Translations under genes and position numbers: made by a program | Virus record (IMG/VR): IMGVR_UViG_3300027686_001029 | Strand: one strand, 5' to 3' | From: a virus | DNA length: 64,000 bases | Notes under the pieces: generated by a model | What the model saw: the letters and a program-made list of their open reading frames with translations, nothing else | What the model was told of the DNA's origin: nothing | The model's database searches: none | Part shown: piece after piece, positions 55,088 to 64,000 of the stretch | Position numbering within the stretch: position 1 is the stretch's first letter | Layout of the letters: each line of letters starts with the position of its first letter

Positions 55088-56763
55088 AGTTTAATTAATT
55101 TGTCTGTATAGGTATTTAATTTAACAACGGTTATTTTCAGGTTACCTAATTCGAATACTCCTTCTTCACCGCTTTCCTTTAATATGCTTGACATTTGAGC
55201 TATTAATTCATAGTCACTATTATCAAAAGTATTACCGTCTATGTTAATATAAATATCAGTATTAATAGTGTTCCCTATTTCTACTCTTTTGCTTAAATCT
55301 ATAATAGTATTAACCTGTTCACTATTTATATACTGATCTATTATAAAAGACGATTCTTTATTTACTGCTACCTTATCTGCCCAAGGTTCTAAAGTAGTTA
55401 ATAAATTTAAATTACAGTTGTCTATTACTAATCCAATATTGTACTTAGGAGGTACAATTGGCTTCATTAACTGATCATGCATTACAAAGTGACCCCATTT
55501 GCGAATAAAGTTTCTAGTAGATCTTTGATTCTGTGCTAACCATTCAGGACTATCTTCATAGATATTAACTGCTTTATCATTCGTATTACGTCTACTTCCT
55601 CTGCATGTCATATGATATACAAAACCCTCCCATGTCTGTTTAAACGTTACTCCGTTTAATTGAAAACGGTTGAATATGTCTGAGTCTTCTTTAGATTGAG
55701 GAGCATAAAGAGGATCGTGTCCTCCTATTGATTGAAAATCCTTTTTATAAAATGCCCATGGAGCAAATATTCCTTCAGTAACTTTAGAAGGGTTCTTAAC
55801 TCTATTGAGGAGGTCTTGTAAGTCTCCTTCTAAAAACTCTTCTGGTTCCTCTCCACCTGCCCATAGTACTTTTTCTGGTCCGTCAGGATGTAAAGGAGGT
55901 TCGATTCGGGTCAAAGATACAATCGTTTTAGGTTTTATAAGTCTTTCTATTGCAGAGATAGCTCCTGGGCATAGATACATATCAGCATGGTAGATCATAC
56001 AAATATCTTTTGTTGCTACTTCATTTACTAAAGTATCGTATAGAATAGTATGTCCTAATCTCTTTGGTCCTTCGTTACGATGTGCTTTAAACAATGGATC
56101 TTTTTTCATCATTTCCAGACACCAGTCCCAAGTACCATCAGTTGATGCGTCGTCTGCAACACATATCTCTACCTCATGAGTATCTTGGTTCTTTCTAATA
56201 GAATCATAAGACCATTTAAGGTATTTAAGATTATTTCTTGCTGGCTGTATTATACTTATTTCCATAGGCTTTTGTTTTTTTAGAGCAACTATAGACTGAT
56301 TCTCTTTTACCATACCTTTAATATAGAATAGTTTTTCTAAACTATGATACTGAGGTCTTCTAAAGTAGTCATGTACTAATATTACTCCATCTTTTTTTAA
56401 ATACTTAATTGCTCTTTCAGCACACTGTACTCTTGCTCTACCATCTACTAATATAACATCGAACATCTCATCAAGCTCATCTATCTTTTCAATATAAGAT
56501 TTAAACTCTTCATACTTAGTAGGAATAGTTCTAGGTAGATCAGGTTCGAGTAGCATATTAACTACATTGTTTAATTTACGAACTTTAATTTCTATATCCA
56601 CCTTATTATACCATTCTTTTATATGTTCTATAGAATAGTATTTCTTAACTAGTGGGCTAAACTCTACTGTGCTTCCCCCTGAGCCCCATTCCAACATAGT
56701 CATATCAGGTTTGAGAAAGTGTTTTACTAGCTCTATCTCACTGCTAGACATCCATGGTTTCAT
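55084..56763 (-). CDS. Class I SAM methyltransferase fused to GT2 glycosyltransferase
   Basis: LEWGSGGST and ILVDG; VADDASTDGT, HADMY, SKEDSD. Confidence 0.85.
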   Translation of the reverse strand: MKPWMSSSEIELVKHFLKPDMTMLEWGSGGSTVEFSPLVKKYYSIEHIKEWYNKVDIEIKVRKLNNVVNMLLEPDLPRTIPTKYEEFKSYIEKIDELDEMFDVILVDGRARVQCAERAIKYLKKDGVILVHDYFRRPQYHSLEKLFYIKGMVKENQSIVALKKQKPMEISIIQPARNNLKYLKWSYDSIRKNQDTHEVEICVADDASTDGTWDWCLEMMKKDPLFKAHRNEGPKRLGHTILYDTLVNEVATKDICMIYHADMYLCPGAISAIERLIKPKTIVSLTRIEPPLHPDGPEKVLWAGGEEPEEFLEGDLQDLLNRVKNPSKVTEGIFAPWAFYKKDFQSIGGHDPLYAPQSKEDSDIFNRFQLNGVTFKQTWEGFVYHMTCRGSRRNTNDKAVNIYEDSPEWLAQNQRSTRNFIRKWGHFVMHDQLMKPIVPPKYNIGLVIDNCNLNLLTTLEPWADKVAVNKESSFIIDQYINSEQVNTIIDLSKRVEIGNTINTDIYINIDGNTFDNSDYELIAQMSSILKESGEEGVFELGNLKITVVKLNTYTDKLIKL

Positions 56764-57665
56764 ATAAGAGGAATTCTATTAGGTACTTTTGGATTATTAA
56801 TCGGTGTAACAAAAGTAGCTTCATCACTAACAGGCATTTGACCCCATTTATCATAAAACTTTCTACTGTTATCACTCTCTGCTTTTTGCTGTCTAGTAGA
56901 TTTAGAATTAAAATTATCTTTAGCTTCATCTCTAAAATGTGATCCTCTAGCAGAAAAGTGGTAAAGTACTGATTTAGATACCATTTTAAAAGTATATCCT
57001 TCGTTTTGCATACGGATAAACAAGTCCATATCGTCAAAAGATGCTGGAGCAAATAGTGGATCATTTCCTCCTATCCATTTATAGTCTTCAGTTCTACAAA
57101 AGAATCCTGCTCCTCCTCCTTTCCTTACTGTCAAGTCATTATCTCTGCTAAATTCAGTTGACCATTCATCAAATTTTTGTTTATCAAAATCATCATGGAA
57201 GGATCCAAAACCATCCATAGGTACAAATACTGTACCAGGTCTGTAGTCAGGATCGTTAGGGAATATTTTAGGTTGTATTCTAAAGGAAGAAGCGATCAAT
57301 CTTTCAGATTTATCTAGTCCATCGTAAAGCTTTAATAGTTCAATATCTTGGTTAGGAGCTATCCACATATCAGAATGTATTATGTTTACATATTTAGTTT
57401 TAGCCTTACTAACACATACGTCCATTCCTCCTCCTATCCCTTTCGGTACTTCGTTTTCCTCTATTATAATAGTCAGGTCTAAAAGTTCTTGAACTGATCT
57501 CAGCCATTTATTAGTGCCATCAGTACAGTTTTCAGCATATATTACTATAGGTTGATTTTTATAGTACGCATTATTCCTAATAGATTCCACAGCTAGTTTT
57601 AAGTATGCAAAATTATTATTAGTATTAATACAGGTTGTTATAGGTTGTTCCATACGTCTTCCCAT
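56760..57665 (-). CDS. GT2 glycosyltransferase
   Basis: ENCTDGT, HSDMW, FDDMDL, YHF. Confidence 0.85.
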   Translation of the reverse strand: MGRRMEQPITTCINTNNNFAYLKLAVESIRNNAYYKNQPIVIYAENCTDGTNKWLRSVQELLDLTIIIEENEVPKGIGGGMDVCVSKAKTKYVNIIHSDMWIAPNQDIELLKLYDGLDKSERLIASSFRIQPKIFPNDPDYRPGTVFVPMDGFGSFHDDFDKQKFDEWSTEFSRDNDLTVRKGGGAGFFCRTEDYKWIGGNDPLFAPASFDDMDLFIRMQNEGYTFKMVSKSVLYHFSARGSHFRDEAKDNFNSKSTRQQKAESDNSRKFYDKWGQMPVSDEATFVTPINNPKVPNRIPLI

Positions 57666-58588
57666 GTGTAAGTTTTACCTTGTTTATTAAAACTATAAGC
57701 ATTATGCTTAGAGTACTCACTTGCAAGTTCATACCATTTATTAGATTTACGTTGTGCATTTAAATCATCTCCTGATTCTCCTTCAACATATTTTCTCTTA
57801 TTAGGATGTTCTCTATTATGTACAAGTAGTATATTCTTAGCAACATAGAAAGGTATCTGCCCGTTACTAAACGTCAAAGATAGTTTATTCATAAAAGCAG
57901 TATCTTCATGTGTAAAGAAGACTGATTCGGGTATATTGACACCTGATCTAACTATTTCAGATGAAAAGAATAGTCCACATCCATTAAATTTGAAATCCTC
58001 TAAATGTTTAATGTCTGGTGATACTACGTCTGAGTTTATCTCTTCCATTTTATCATAGTCCATATAGTGTCTTGTACCGTACCAGGCATATGGATCTCTT
58101 TCTAAGCTAGAAAGTTTAGGATGTTCAACAGTTTTCCAACTATCATCCCACATTTTACAGGTAGCAAAGAATCCTACCCATTTAGGAGTTGTATCTTTTA
58201 CACTGTCTTGTAACAGTAATACAGTTTGAATAGCTTGAGAAGGTACGAGCATATCTGATTCCCCCCAAAATAATACATCTACCTCATTACAGTATTTCTC
58301 ATTAAACGTTCTTCTGTAATCAGCTATAGTAAATAGATCAGGACTTATGTCCCAGTTTACTTTGAATCCAGCTTCTCTTAACTCACCCATCAGGTAATTA
58401 AAACGAGCTTTGATCTCCAACATCACTTCTCCTCCTGCTATAACCTTTTCCAGATCTTGATTAGTTACAAGTTTAAAGTCTATTATGACTTTATCTTCAA
58501 ACCCTTTTGCTGATTTGGCAAGAGAATCTATATACTCTTTTACCATTTCTATTTCGTACCATTGAACTAAACAACCTATTGCTATCAT
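57638..58588 (-). CDS. GT-A fold glycosyltransferase
   Basis: WGESDML, HEDTAF, VHNR. Confidence 0.65.
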   Translation of the reverse strand: MIAIGCLVQWYEIEMVKEYIDSLAKSAKGFEDKVIIDFKLVTNQDLEKVIAGGEVMLEIKARFNYLMGELREAGFKVNWDISPDLFTIADYRRTFNEKYCNEVDVLFWGESDMLVPSQAIQTVLLLQDSVKDTTPKWVGFFATCKMWDDSWKTVEHPKLSSLERDPYAWYGTRHYMDYDKMEEINSDVVSPDIKHLEDFKFNGCGLFFSSEIVRSGVNIPESVFFTHEDTAFMNKLSLTFSNGQIPFYVAKNILLVHNREHPNKRKYVEGESGDDLNAQRKSNKWYELASEYSKHNAYSFNKQGKTYTWEDVWNNL

Positions 58589-59409
58589 AAAGTAATTCTT
58601 GGAATTTTATTATACCCCGGGTTTCTATCGGAAGCCAACTCCCAATCAATATTATTTTCTTTTAGCCATTTAAACATTCCTTCAGTTGACTTGGCCACAG
58701 AGGTTATCTCTCTGGGACCCATAGAAGTTTTAGCATAAACTATCTTTTTATGTTCATCACCGTAAAAGTGTTCTTGAAATACTCTCTGTGTATCATCTTC
58801 TACTCCGTTACTAAAGGAATTTAAGTCCCCAATATCCCAGCCTACAGATATAATTTTGCTACACCCTAAGTGCATAGCTAAAGGAATACATATTTCATAC
58901 ATTATACCAGGTCCCCAAGGTTGATTCATTCCTACTTCAGGGTGATCTAATTTTAAATGCTCAAAGTCTCCTTTCTCTGCTACTGAGTATATCATTTTAT
59001 CCGGCCCTACTCCTCCTCCTGTATGTTGGTTATTTCTATAAACTGGAAGTACTAAGTCACATTCCATATTGTTTTTCTCTATCATCTCGTAATGAAACTG
59101 CTCAAATATTTCCCATAGTACTATAGATTTATTTCCTGTCCAGTCATACTCTCTAAAGTTTGTAAAATTTAAAATATGAAAATCTGTTTCATCTCTTAGT
59201 AAGTCATATGATTGTTTGATAGATAATACTAATTTATCTTTTAAAGCTTCTTTAAGATATTCGTTAGAATAGTTTTTTAACGAAGGTCCACCAGCTATAA
59301 TGTATGCTGTTTCTCCTTTGTATGCATCTTTTAATACACTCAACCTTTTTTCAGGTTCGTCGTAACTAAGTACTTTATTCTTAAGTTCCTGTGTTCGTGA
59401 GTTCATCAA
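58585..59409 (-). CDS. DUF115 (Maf/MptE-like) protein
   Basis: LKDAYKGETAYIIAGGPSL, LAMHLGCSKIISVGWD. Confidence 0.75.
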   Translation of the reverse strand: MMNSRTQELKNKVLSYDEPEKRLSVLKDAYKGETAYIIAGGPSLKNYSNEYLKEALKDKLVLSIKQSYDLLRDETDFHILNFTNFREYDWTGNKSIVLWEIFEQFHYEMIEKNNMECDLVLPVYRNNQHTGGGVGPDKMIYSVAEKGDFEHLKLDHPEVGMNQPWGPGIMYEICIPLAMHLGCSKIISVGWDIGDLNSFSNGVEDDTQRVFQEHFYGDEHKKIVYAKTSMGPREITSVAKSTEGMFKWLKENNIDWELASDRNPGYNKIPRITL

Positions 59410-59788
59410 CCTGTTTTAATGTTTCTTCCCAATTATTAAATCTTAAACCTTTATCGTCTATATAAACTAAAGCTCTTGGCTTCTCTGCTGTTACTTTATT
59501 AATATACGAAGAAAAATTATAGTTTCCTAACCAATCCCATACTAATTGTGCTCCTGTTTTACCGTTAACTAAGGGTCTATCTGGTTTAGCTTTGGCAGTA
59601 AAGACTATTATAGAGTAACCTTGATTATAAAAATGTTTTACTGCATCTAAACTTCCTACTATAGGTTCATCGTAAACTGTACCGTCGTGAAAGCCTTTTG
59701 AGTTACCATGAATTACACCATCAAAATCGATTGCAATTTGTTTACTGTTTTCTGAGTGCTGTATCTTATTATACTCCTCTAGTTTCAT
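59381..59788 (-). CDS. Cap-less HAD phosphatase
   Basis: IDFDGVIH, FTA, YIDDKG. Confidence 0.85.
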   Translation of the reverse strand: MKLEEYNKIQHSENSKQIAIDFDGVIHGNSKGFHDGTVYDEPIVGSLDAVKHFYNQGYSIIVFTAKAKPDRPLVNGKTGAQLVWDWLGNYNFSSYINKVTAEKPRALVYIDDKGLRFNNWEETLKQVDELTNTGT

Positions 59789-60509
59789 CTAAATATCTTT
59801 TTGGTCTATCGCTCTTGTAAGCTAATCCTTTTGTTAATGTATAAGCTCCATATATAAAACGTCTCGGTGTTCTAGTTATTGCTTGTTCTGAGACTGCATG
59901 AAAGGAGTTAGGAGTTGATGCAAATACGAAAGCTGTGTTTGCTTTTGCTTCTACTACTTTATGTACCGGGTAATGATCTTTTTTTTCTTTATTCCATATA
60001 AACTTATCTATTTTATCACTAGAATGTACGATAAAATCTCCGCCTTCCCAATCTTTATTGTTAAAAAATATAAGAAAGTTTATAATTCTTCTTGGAACAT
60101 CAGCGTGAACTTCTCTTTTGTATTTATTCCCAGCAGATGACCAGTCAATATGAAGGTATAGTTTACCTTTTTTATTTTCAGGTTCTAGATCATAATCATC
60201 GAAACTAGTATCCCATTGATCTATTGCTTGTTTATGGTGCTTGATTAGAGCTTTATAAGTTTCATCAGTATTTAATAAGTTATAAACTTTCTTCCAGGTT
60301 GGAGAGTTCCCTAACCATTTTTCATAGTCCTCTTGTATAAAGTTTTTATTGGAATTAGACATTTGATTTCTACCTCCCATTACCGTCTGTCTATATTTCT
60401 GAGGCCATTCTTCATTTAACTTCTTAAAGGTTTCATCATCAAAAACTTTATCGATTTCAGTAAATGAAAACGGATATATAGAATCTTTTCCTTTTGTTAA
60501 ATCTATCAT
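59769..60509 (-). CDS. Fe(II)/2OG oxygenase
   Basis: EVHADV, GGDF, NSFHAV, PRRF. Confidence 0.8.
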   Translation of the reverse strand: MIDLTKGKDSIYPFSFTEIDKVFDDETFKKLNEEWPQKYRQTVMGGRNQMSNSNKNFIQEDYEKWLGNSPTWKKVYNLLNTDETYKALIKHHKQAIDQWDTSFDDYDLEPENKKGKLYLHIDWSSAGNKYKREVHADVPRRIINFLIFFNNKDWEGGDFIVHSSDKIDKFIWNKEKKDHYPVHKVVEAKANTAFVFASTPNSFHAVSEQAITRTPRRFIYGAYTLTKGLAYKSDRPKRYLDETRGV

Positions 60510-60521
60510 ATCAATAAATAC

Positions 60522-62243
60522 TTAAGTTAAAAGTTTTTCTACTTCAATAATATCTGTTGGGTAGTCTACTGCAAGTGTTGATCCGTCTACTTCTATCATC
60601 TTTACTTTATACCCTAACTCTATAAATCTTAATATTTCTATATCCTCTTCTGCCTCTAAAGGAGTTTTACTATTAAGCGAAGTAAACGCTTTTAGATGCT
60701 CTCTATCGAAACCATAAATACATATTTGTTTTTTAGGTCTAGATCCATTGCCAAGCTTAGTACCTGGGATAGGATTCCTACTTGAATATAGTAACTCGTC
60801 ATTAATATTAGTAATAACTTTTGGAATTTTTTTATCAGTAACATCTTCATTAGCGTTTAAGTAAGCTTGACAGTTAATAATATGGTCTGGGTAATCTAGT
60901 TTAGCTTGTATTACTCTCTTAATATCATTAGGATCTAACATAGGTTCATCTCCTTGAATATTAATTATAATATCAGCATCAATCTCTAATGCTGCTTCTG
61001 CTACCCTATCAGTACCGGTTAAGCAACTATCTGAGGTTAGTATAACTCTGTACCCGTAACTTTTTACTACCTTAACAATCTCTTCATTTTCAGTAGCTAT
61101 ATAGACACTATCTTTGTCTATTGCACTAGCTGCTATATCAGCAACTCTTATTATCATTTCCTTACCATCTATAAGTGCTAATGGTTTCCCAGGAAATCTA
61201 GTTGATTTATATCTTGCTGGTATAACAATTGCTACTTTAGGTTCTAATTTATCTTTTATTTTAGTAAAGTCATATTTTAAACTATCTTCAATCCCTAGTA
61301 TTACATCTTCTATTCTATTAGAGTTTAAAAATGATGCTTGAAGTGCTTGAGTGTATAGAGGGTGTATATGCTTTAAGCCGCTTACCATATAGTTATGTGT
61401 AAAACCCCATTTGTAGACCTCTTGTAAAGGTCTCATCCATTTAGAGATAAATTTCTGTATAGAAGTTCCATTATATAAGTTATGTTTAAACTGCATGTAT
61501 GTAACTAACTGTTCAGTCTTAACATTTCCAACACCTCTACCCATTCCTAATAGAGTGCCATCAATAATTTCTGCTCCTGCTTCCATAGATGCTAAACAAT
61601 TTGCAAATGCTAATCCTAAGTTATCATGTGTATGTACTCCGATAGGAAGGCCAAATTGTGAGAATTGTTCTATAATTTTAGAAGCGTCTTTAGGTTCTAA
61701 ATTACCGTAAGTATCTGCAAAGTATAATGCTGAGGGATCTATTTTAGTGAATGCTCCAAACTCTTTTATTTGTTCTTCGCTTAGAAGCGTTATACCCATT
61801 AGGTTAACAAATAAGGTATAGCCCTTGTCCTTAACGTATCTCCCTATGTCTAATGCATGCTCTATTTCGTTATGTTTAATAGCCAATCTACATATACTAA
61901 AGGGGGAATGTTTAGCGTCATGTATTACATCATCAATAAGAGAAAAGTCAACTTCTGCTCCATTTATAAAGTCTTTAGCATCAATCATAAATGCTAATTC
62001 AGAGTTAATTGGAAGTTTATGTTCTAGTACTTCCCAAATAAACCTATCATTACATTTACGGAACTTTCCTCCTTTTATTGGAGATTTAAAACCTAACTCT
62101 ATAATATCTACTCCTGCTAAATCTAGACTTGATATTAAATCTTGGACCATTTCTATTTTGAAATCCCAATTATTATAATATCCTCCGTCCCTAAGTGTGC
62201 AATCTAATAACCTTTTCTTCATTTTACTTAAATTTGTGATCAA
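60522..62243 (-). CDS. DRE-TIM (DmpG/HMGL-like) aldolase fused to KdsB-like CMP-ulosonate synthetase
   Basis: LDCTLRDGGY, HTHDNLGLAFAN, GMGRGVGN; IPARYKSTRFPGKPL, TGTDR, NIQGDEP, LEAEEDIEILR. Confidence 0.9.
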   Translation of the reverse strand: MITNLSKMKKRLLDCTLRDGGYYNNWDFKIEMVQDLISSLDLAGVDIIELGFKSPIKGGKFRKCNDRFIWEVLEHKLPINSELAFMIDAKDFINGAEVDFSLIDDVIHDAKHSPFSICRLAIKHNEIEHALDIGRYVKDKGYTLFVNLMGITLLSEEQIKEFGAFTKIDPSALYFADTYGNLEPKDASKIIEQFSQFGLPIGVHTHDNLGLAFANCLASMEAGAEIIDGTLLGMGRGVGNVKTEQLVTYMQFKHNLYNGTSIQKFISKWMRPLQEVYKWGFTHNYMVSGLKHIHPLYTQALQASFLNSNRIEDVILGIEDSLKYDFTKIKDKLEPKVAIVIPARYKSTRFPGKPLALIDGKEMIIRVADIAASAIDKDSVYIATENEEIVKVVKSYGYRVILTSDSCLTGTDRVAEAALEIDADIIINIQGDEPMLDPNDIKRVIQAKLDYPDHIINCQAYLNANEDVTDKKIPKVITNINDELLYSSRNPIPGTKLGNGSRPKKQICIYGFDREHLKAFTSLNSKTPLEAEEDIEILRFIELGYKVKMIEVDGSTLAVDYPTDIIEVEKLLT

Positions 62244-62251
62244 CCCATAAA

Positions 62252-62872
62252 TTAAGATAGATCTTTTGTTCTTGACCTAACTTGAGTACTATGTATAGTC
62301 TTACCCTTTTTAACTGGGGTGGGTGTTAAAGGATTATTTACTTTCTCCTCTATTGGTTTAGGTTTTAATTTAACCACTTCACCTTTAATAATATAAAGAT
62401 AATCTTTCGTTTTACCAACTTTATATTTAAGTAAATTATTAGCACAGAAAATCTTTAGAAGCTCAATTCCGATTGGCGATATGTCATCTATAAGAAGTAA
62501 GGTATTTATTCTGGCTGCTTCATAAGCTTGTTTAAATATATCTACTGCTGAGGCACTATCAGGTGTATCTAATTTATTAAATCCTATTCTAATTATAGCT
62601 GTTTTATTAGCTTTAATTGCTGTTACTATATTAGTAGAAGCTTTTCCCTCAACTACTGTTGCTCGTTGACTAGAATAGTTTATGAGTTTAGATTTAAAAT
62701 CACTTGTATACCTTAAGTGTTTAGAACCAAGTAGTGTGAAGTTTCTGGATAATATATTATTTTGTTTTATAGCAGTAAATACTTTATCGCTAAATTCACC
62801 TTCGAAGAAAGTAGCATCTAGGAATACTCCTTCTACATTATTAGCTTTATTAAAGATTTTAGCGATGTCCAT
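62252..62872 (-). CDS. Hypothetical protein, degenerate methyltransferase-like fold with basic tail
   Basis: LLLIDD motif; late-type motif 3 nt upstream. Confidence 0.45.
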   Translation of the reverse strand: MDIAKIFNKANNVEGVFLDATFFEGEFSDKVFTAIKQNNILSRNFTLLGSKHLRYTSDFKSKLINYSSQRATVVEGKASTNIVTAIKANKTAIIRIGFNKLDTPDSASAVDIFKQAYEAARINTLLLIDDISPIGIELLKIFCANNLLKYKVGKTKDYLYIIKGEVVKLKPKPIEEKVNNPLTPTPVKKGKTIHSTQVRSRTKDLS

Positions 62873-62886
62873 ATATATAAATAGGG

Positions 62887-63516
62887 TTAATTTAAAGTGT
62901 CGTAGTAGGCATTTTGTTTTTCCTGTCTCTTAATATCTTTAGGATGGTATAAAGAAAGTTCTTCTTGAGCAGGTAACAGTGCATATGATTTATGACCTTT
63001 TAGTTGTTCATGTACTTTATTAACCCATCTTATATTAGGATTGTTCTTCCATACTCGCCATTGGTAATCTGGGTAGTTAACCCAGCCTTGGTCGTTTACA
63101 TTCCATTGCCATTGTTTAATATGCTGTTCAGTTAACCCTTCAACAGTATTTACTCTGGGAACTAGGAATACTTCATTATCAGGATTACTTTCTAATATTG
63201 CAGGTAGATTCTCTATTAAAGCACTATGGGGCATCTCATCAGCATCTATCTGAAATATATAATCTCCATTGCAGTAATCAGTAAGTTGATTTTTCCAGTT
63301 AGCAAAATGACCATCGAAGTCTAATCCTCTCCAGAATTGTACATTAGGGTATTTACTCTGTTTAGTAAGCCAAATAGCTATCTCTTCCTCTCCGTTCTTT
63401 TGATCGTAAAGTACAACTATATCATCCTGTTGTCTTTTATTTTTTCTTAGAAAGTTGACTAGCTTTTGTATCTCTGTAAACTCATTACAGACTGTTATAG
63501 CGTAACTTATTTTCAT
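62887..63516 (-). CDS. GT2 glycosyltransferase
   Basis: ITVCNE, FANWKN, QIDADE, VHE. Confidence 0.85.
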   Translation of the reverse strand: MKISYAITVCNEFTEIQKLVNFLRKNKRQQDDIVVLYDQKNGEEEIAIWLTKQSKYPNVQFWRGLDFDGHFANWKNQLTDYCNGDYIFQIDADEMPHSALIENLPAILESNPDNEVFLVPRVNTVEGLTEQHIKQWQWNVNDQGWVNYPDYQWRVWKNNPNIRWVNKVHEQLKGHKSYALLPAQEELSLYHPKDIKRQEKQNAYYDTLN

Positions 63517-63522
63517 ATTAAC

Positions 63523-64000
63523 TTATCTGAAGTTTGTTAGTATACGATTAGATTCAGATGGAGACGGAGTTGGTCTCTTCATGTATCTTACCCAGCTTCC
63601 ATCTATCGTGACTAAATCCGGTTTGCCTAATATTTCATCTACTGCTTTTTTAACATCTACGCAAGGTAGGTTATAATCATGACCTGCAATTATTCCAGTT
63701 AATTTTAATTTAGGTAGGAATAATTTAATATCTCTTTTTACACTATCGTATTTATGGTCTCCGTCAATATACACAAAGTCCAATGACTTATCTTTAAACT
63801 GTTTGACTACCTCAAAACTATAATCTTCATGTAAAATTATATTATCAAAGTACCTAGTATTAATTTTAAACTCTTCTTTAACTTGTTTCCAACTTCTCTT
63901 TAATATTTTTAAAGCTTCTTCATCTCCTTCAAAAGGATCTATACAATTAATAGATTCAAAAATTTGAGAGGCAGCAAATACAAATGTTGATTCACCTAAA
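63523..64000 (-). CDS. Class I SAM methyltransferase (Methyltransf_24), N-terminus outside window
   Basis: Frame stays open to the window edge (LGESTF...CIDPF...LDFVYIDGDHKY...AGHDY). Confidence 0.85.
   Translation of the reverse strand, partial: LGESTFVFAASQIFESINCIDPFEGDEEALKILKRSWKQVKEEFKINTRYFDNIILHEDYSFEVVKQFKDKSLDFVYIDGDHKYDSVKRDIKLFLPKLKLTGIIAGHDYNLPCVDVKKAVDEILGKPDLVTIDGSWVRYMKRPTPSPSESNRILTNFR

Noticed and set aside
2747-62933. Many plus-strand ORFs in the track (e.g. 7425..7832, 22346..22795, 25526..25957, 26110..26610) and nested minus ORFs (6077..6331, 7792..7977, 40081..40278, 56744..57064)
   Set aside because: They are shadows of long motif-bearing genes, with no promoter, leader or recognisable motifs
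1-64000. Stop-codon reassignment
   Set aside because: Long genes are intact and densely packed in the standard code
1-64000. Bacterial chromosome or prophage origin suggested by glyA, iscA and kdsB-like genes
   Set aside because: These genes are interleaved with phage promoter cassettes and virion genes; no integrase, att site or host housekeeping synteny

Overview
A 64-kb, AT-rich segment of a large T4-like contractile-tailed phage, most likely infecting Bacteroidota (Flavobacteriia). The host call rests on about 18 promoters resembling the Bacteroidota sigma-A consensus (TTG-N19-20-TAnnTT), A-rich leaders without Shine-Dalgarno motifs, and Bacteroidota-type lipoproteins. Nearly all genes are on the minus strand. 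Layout: (i) 0-11 kb, small basic proteins and enzymes, many with a shared N-terminal MKLxxI(I/L)xE tag, plus primase and exonuclease; (ii) 11-27.3 kb, tail fibre and baseplate module; (iii) 27.7-31 kb, gp55-like late sigma factor and HD protein; (iv) 31.1-33.6 kb, a strand-switch region with GCGAAGC mini-hairpins and 10 TCTTTAGAT repeats (candidate origin or packaging site); (v) 33.6-55 kb, promoter-delimited early/accessory cassettes including a BtuG-like lipoprotein with a DUF6580 membrane protein (candidate vitamin B12 capture module), glyA, FNR, NAD(P)H quinone reductase and IscA; (vi) 55-64 kb, a glycan cluster with GT2s, methyltransferases, a Maf/DUF115-like protein, a HAD phosphatase and an aldolase-KdsB fusion. 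No tRNA, rRNA, CRISPR array, integrase or transposase was recognised. All family calls come from motif recognition by eye, not database searches.
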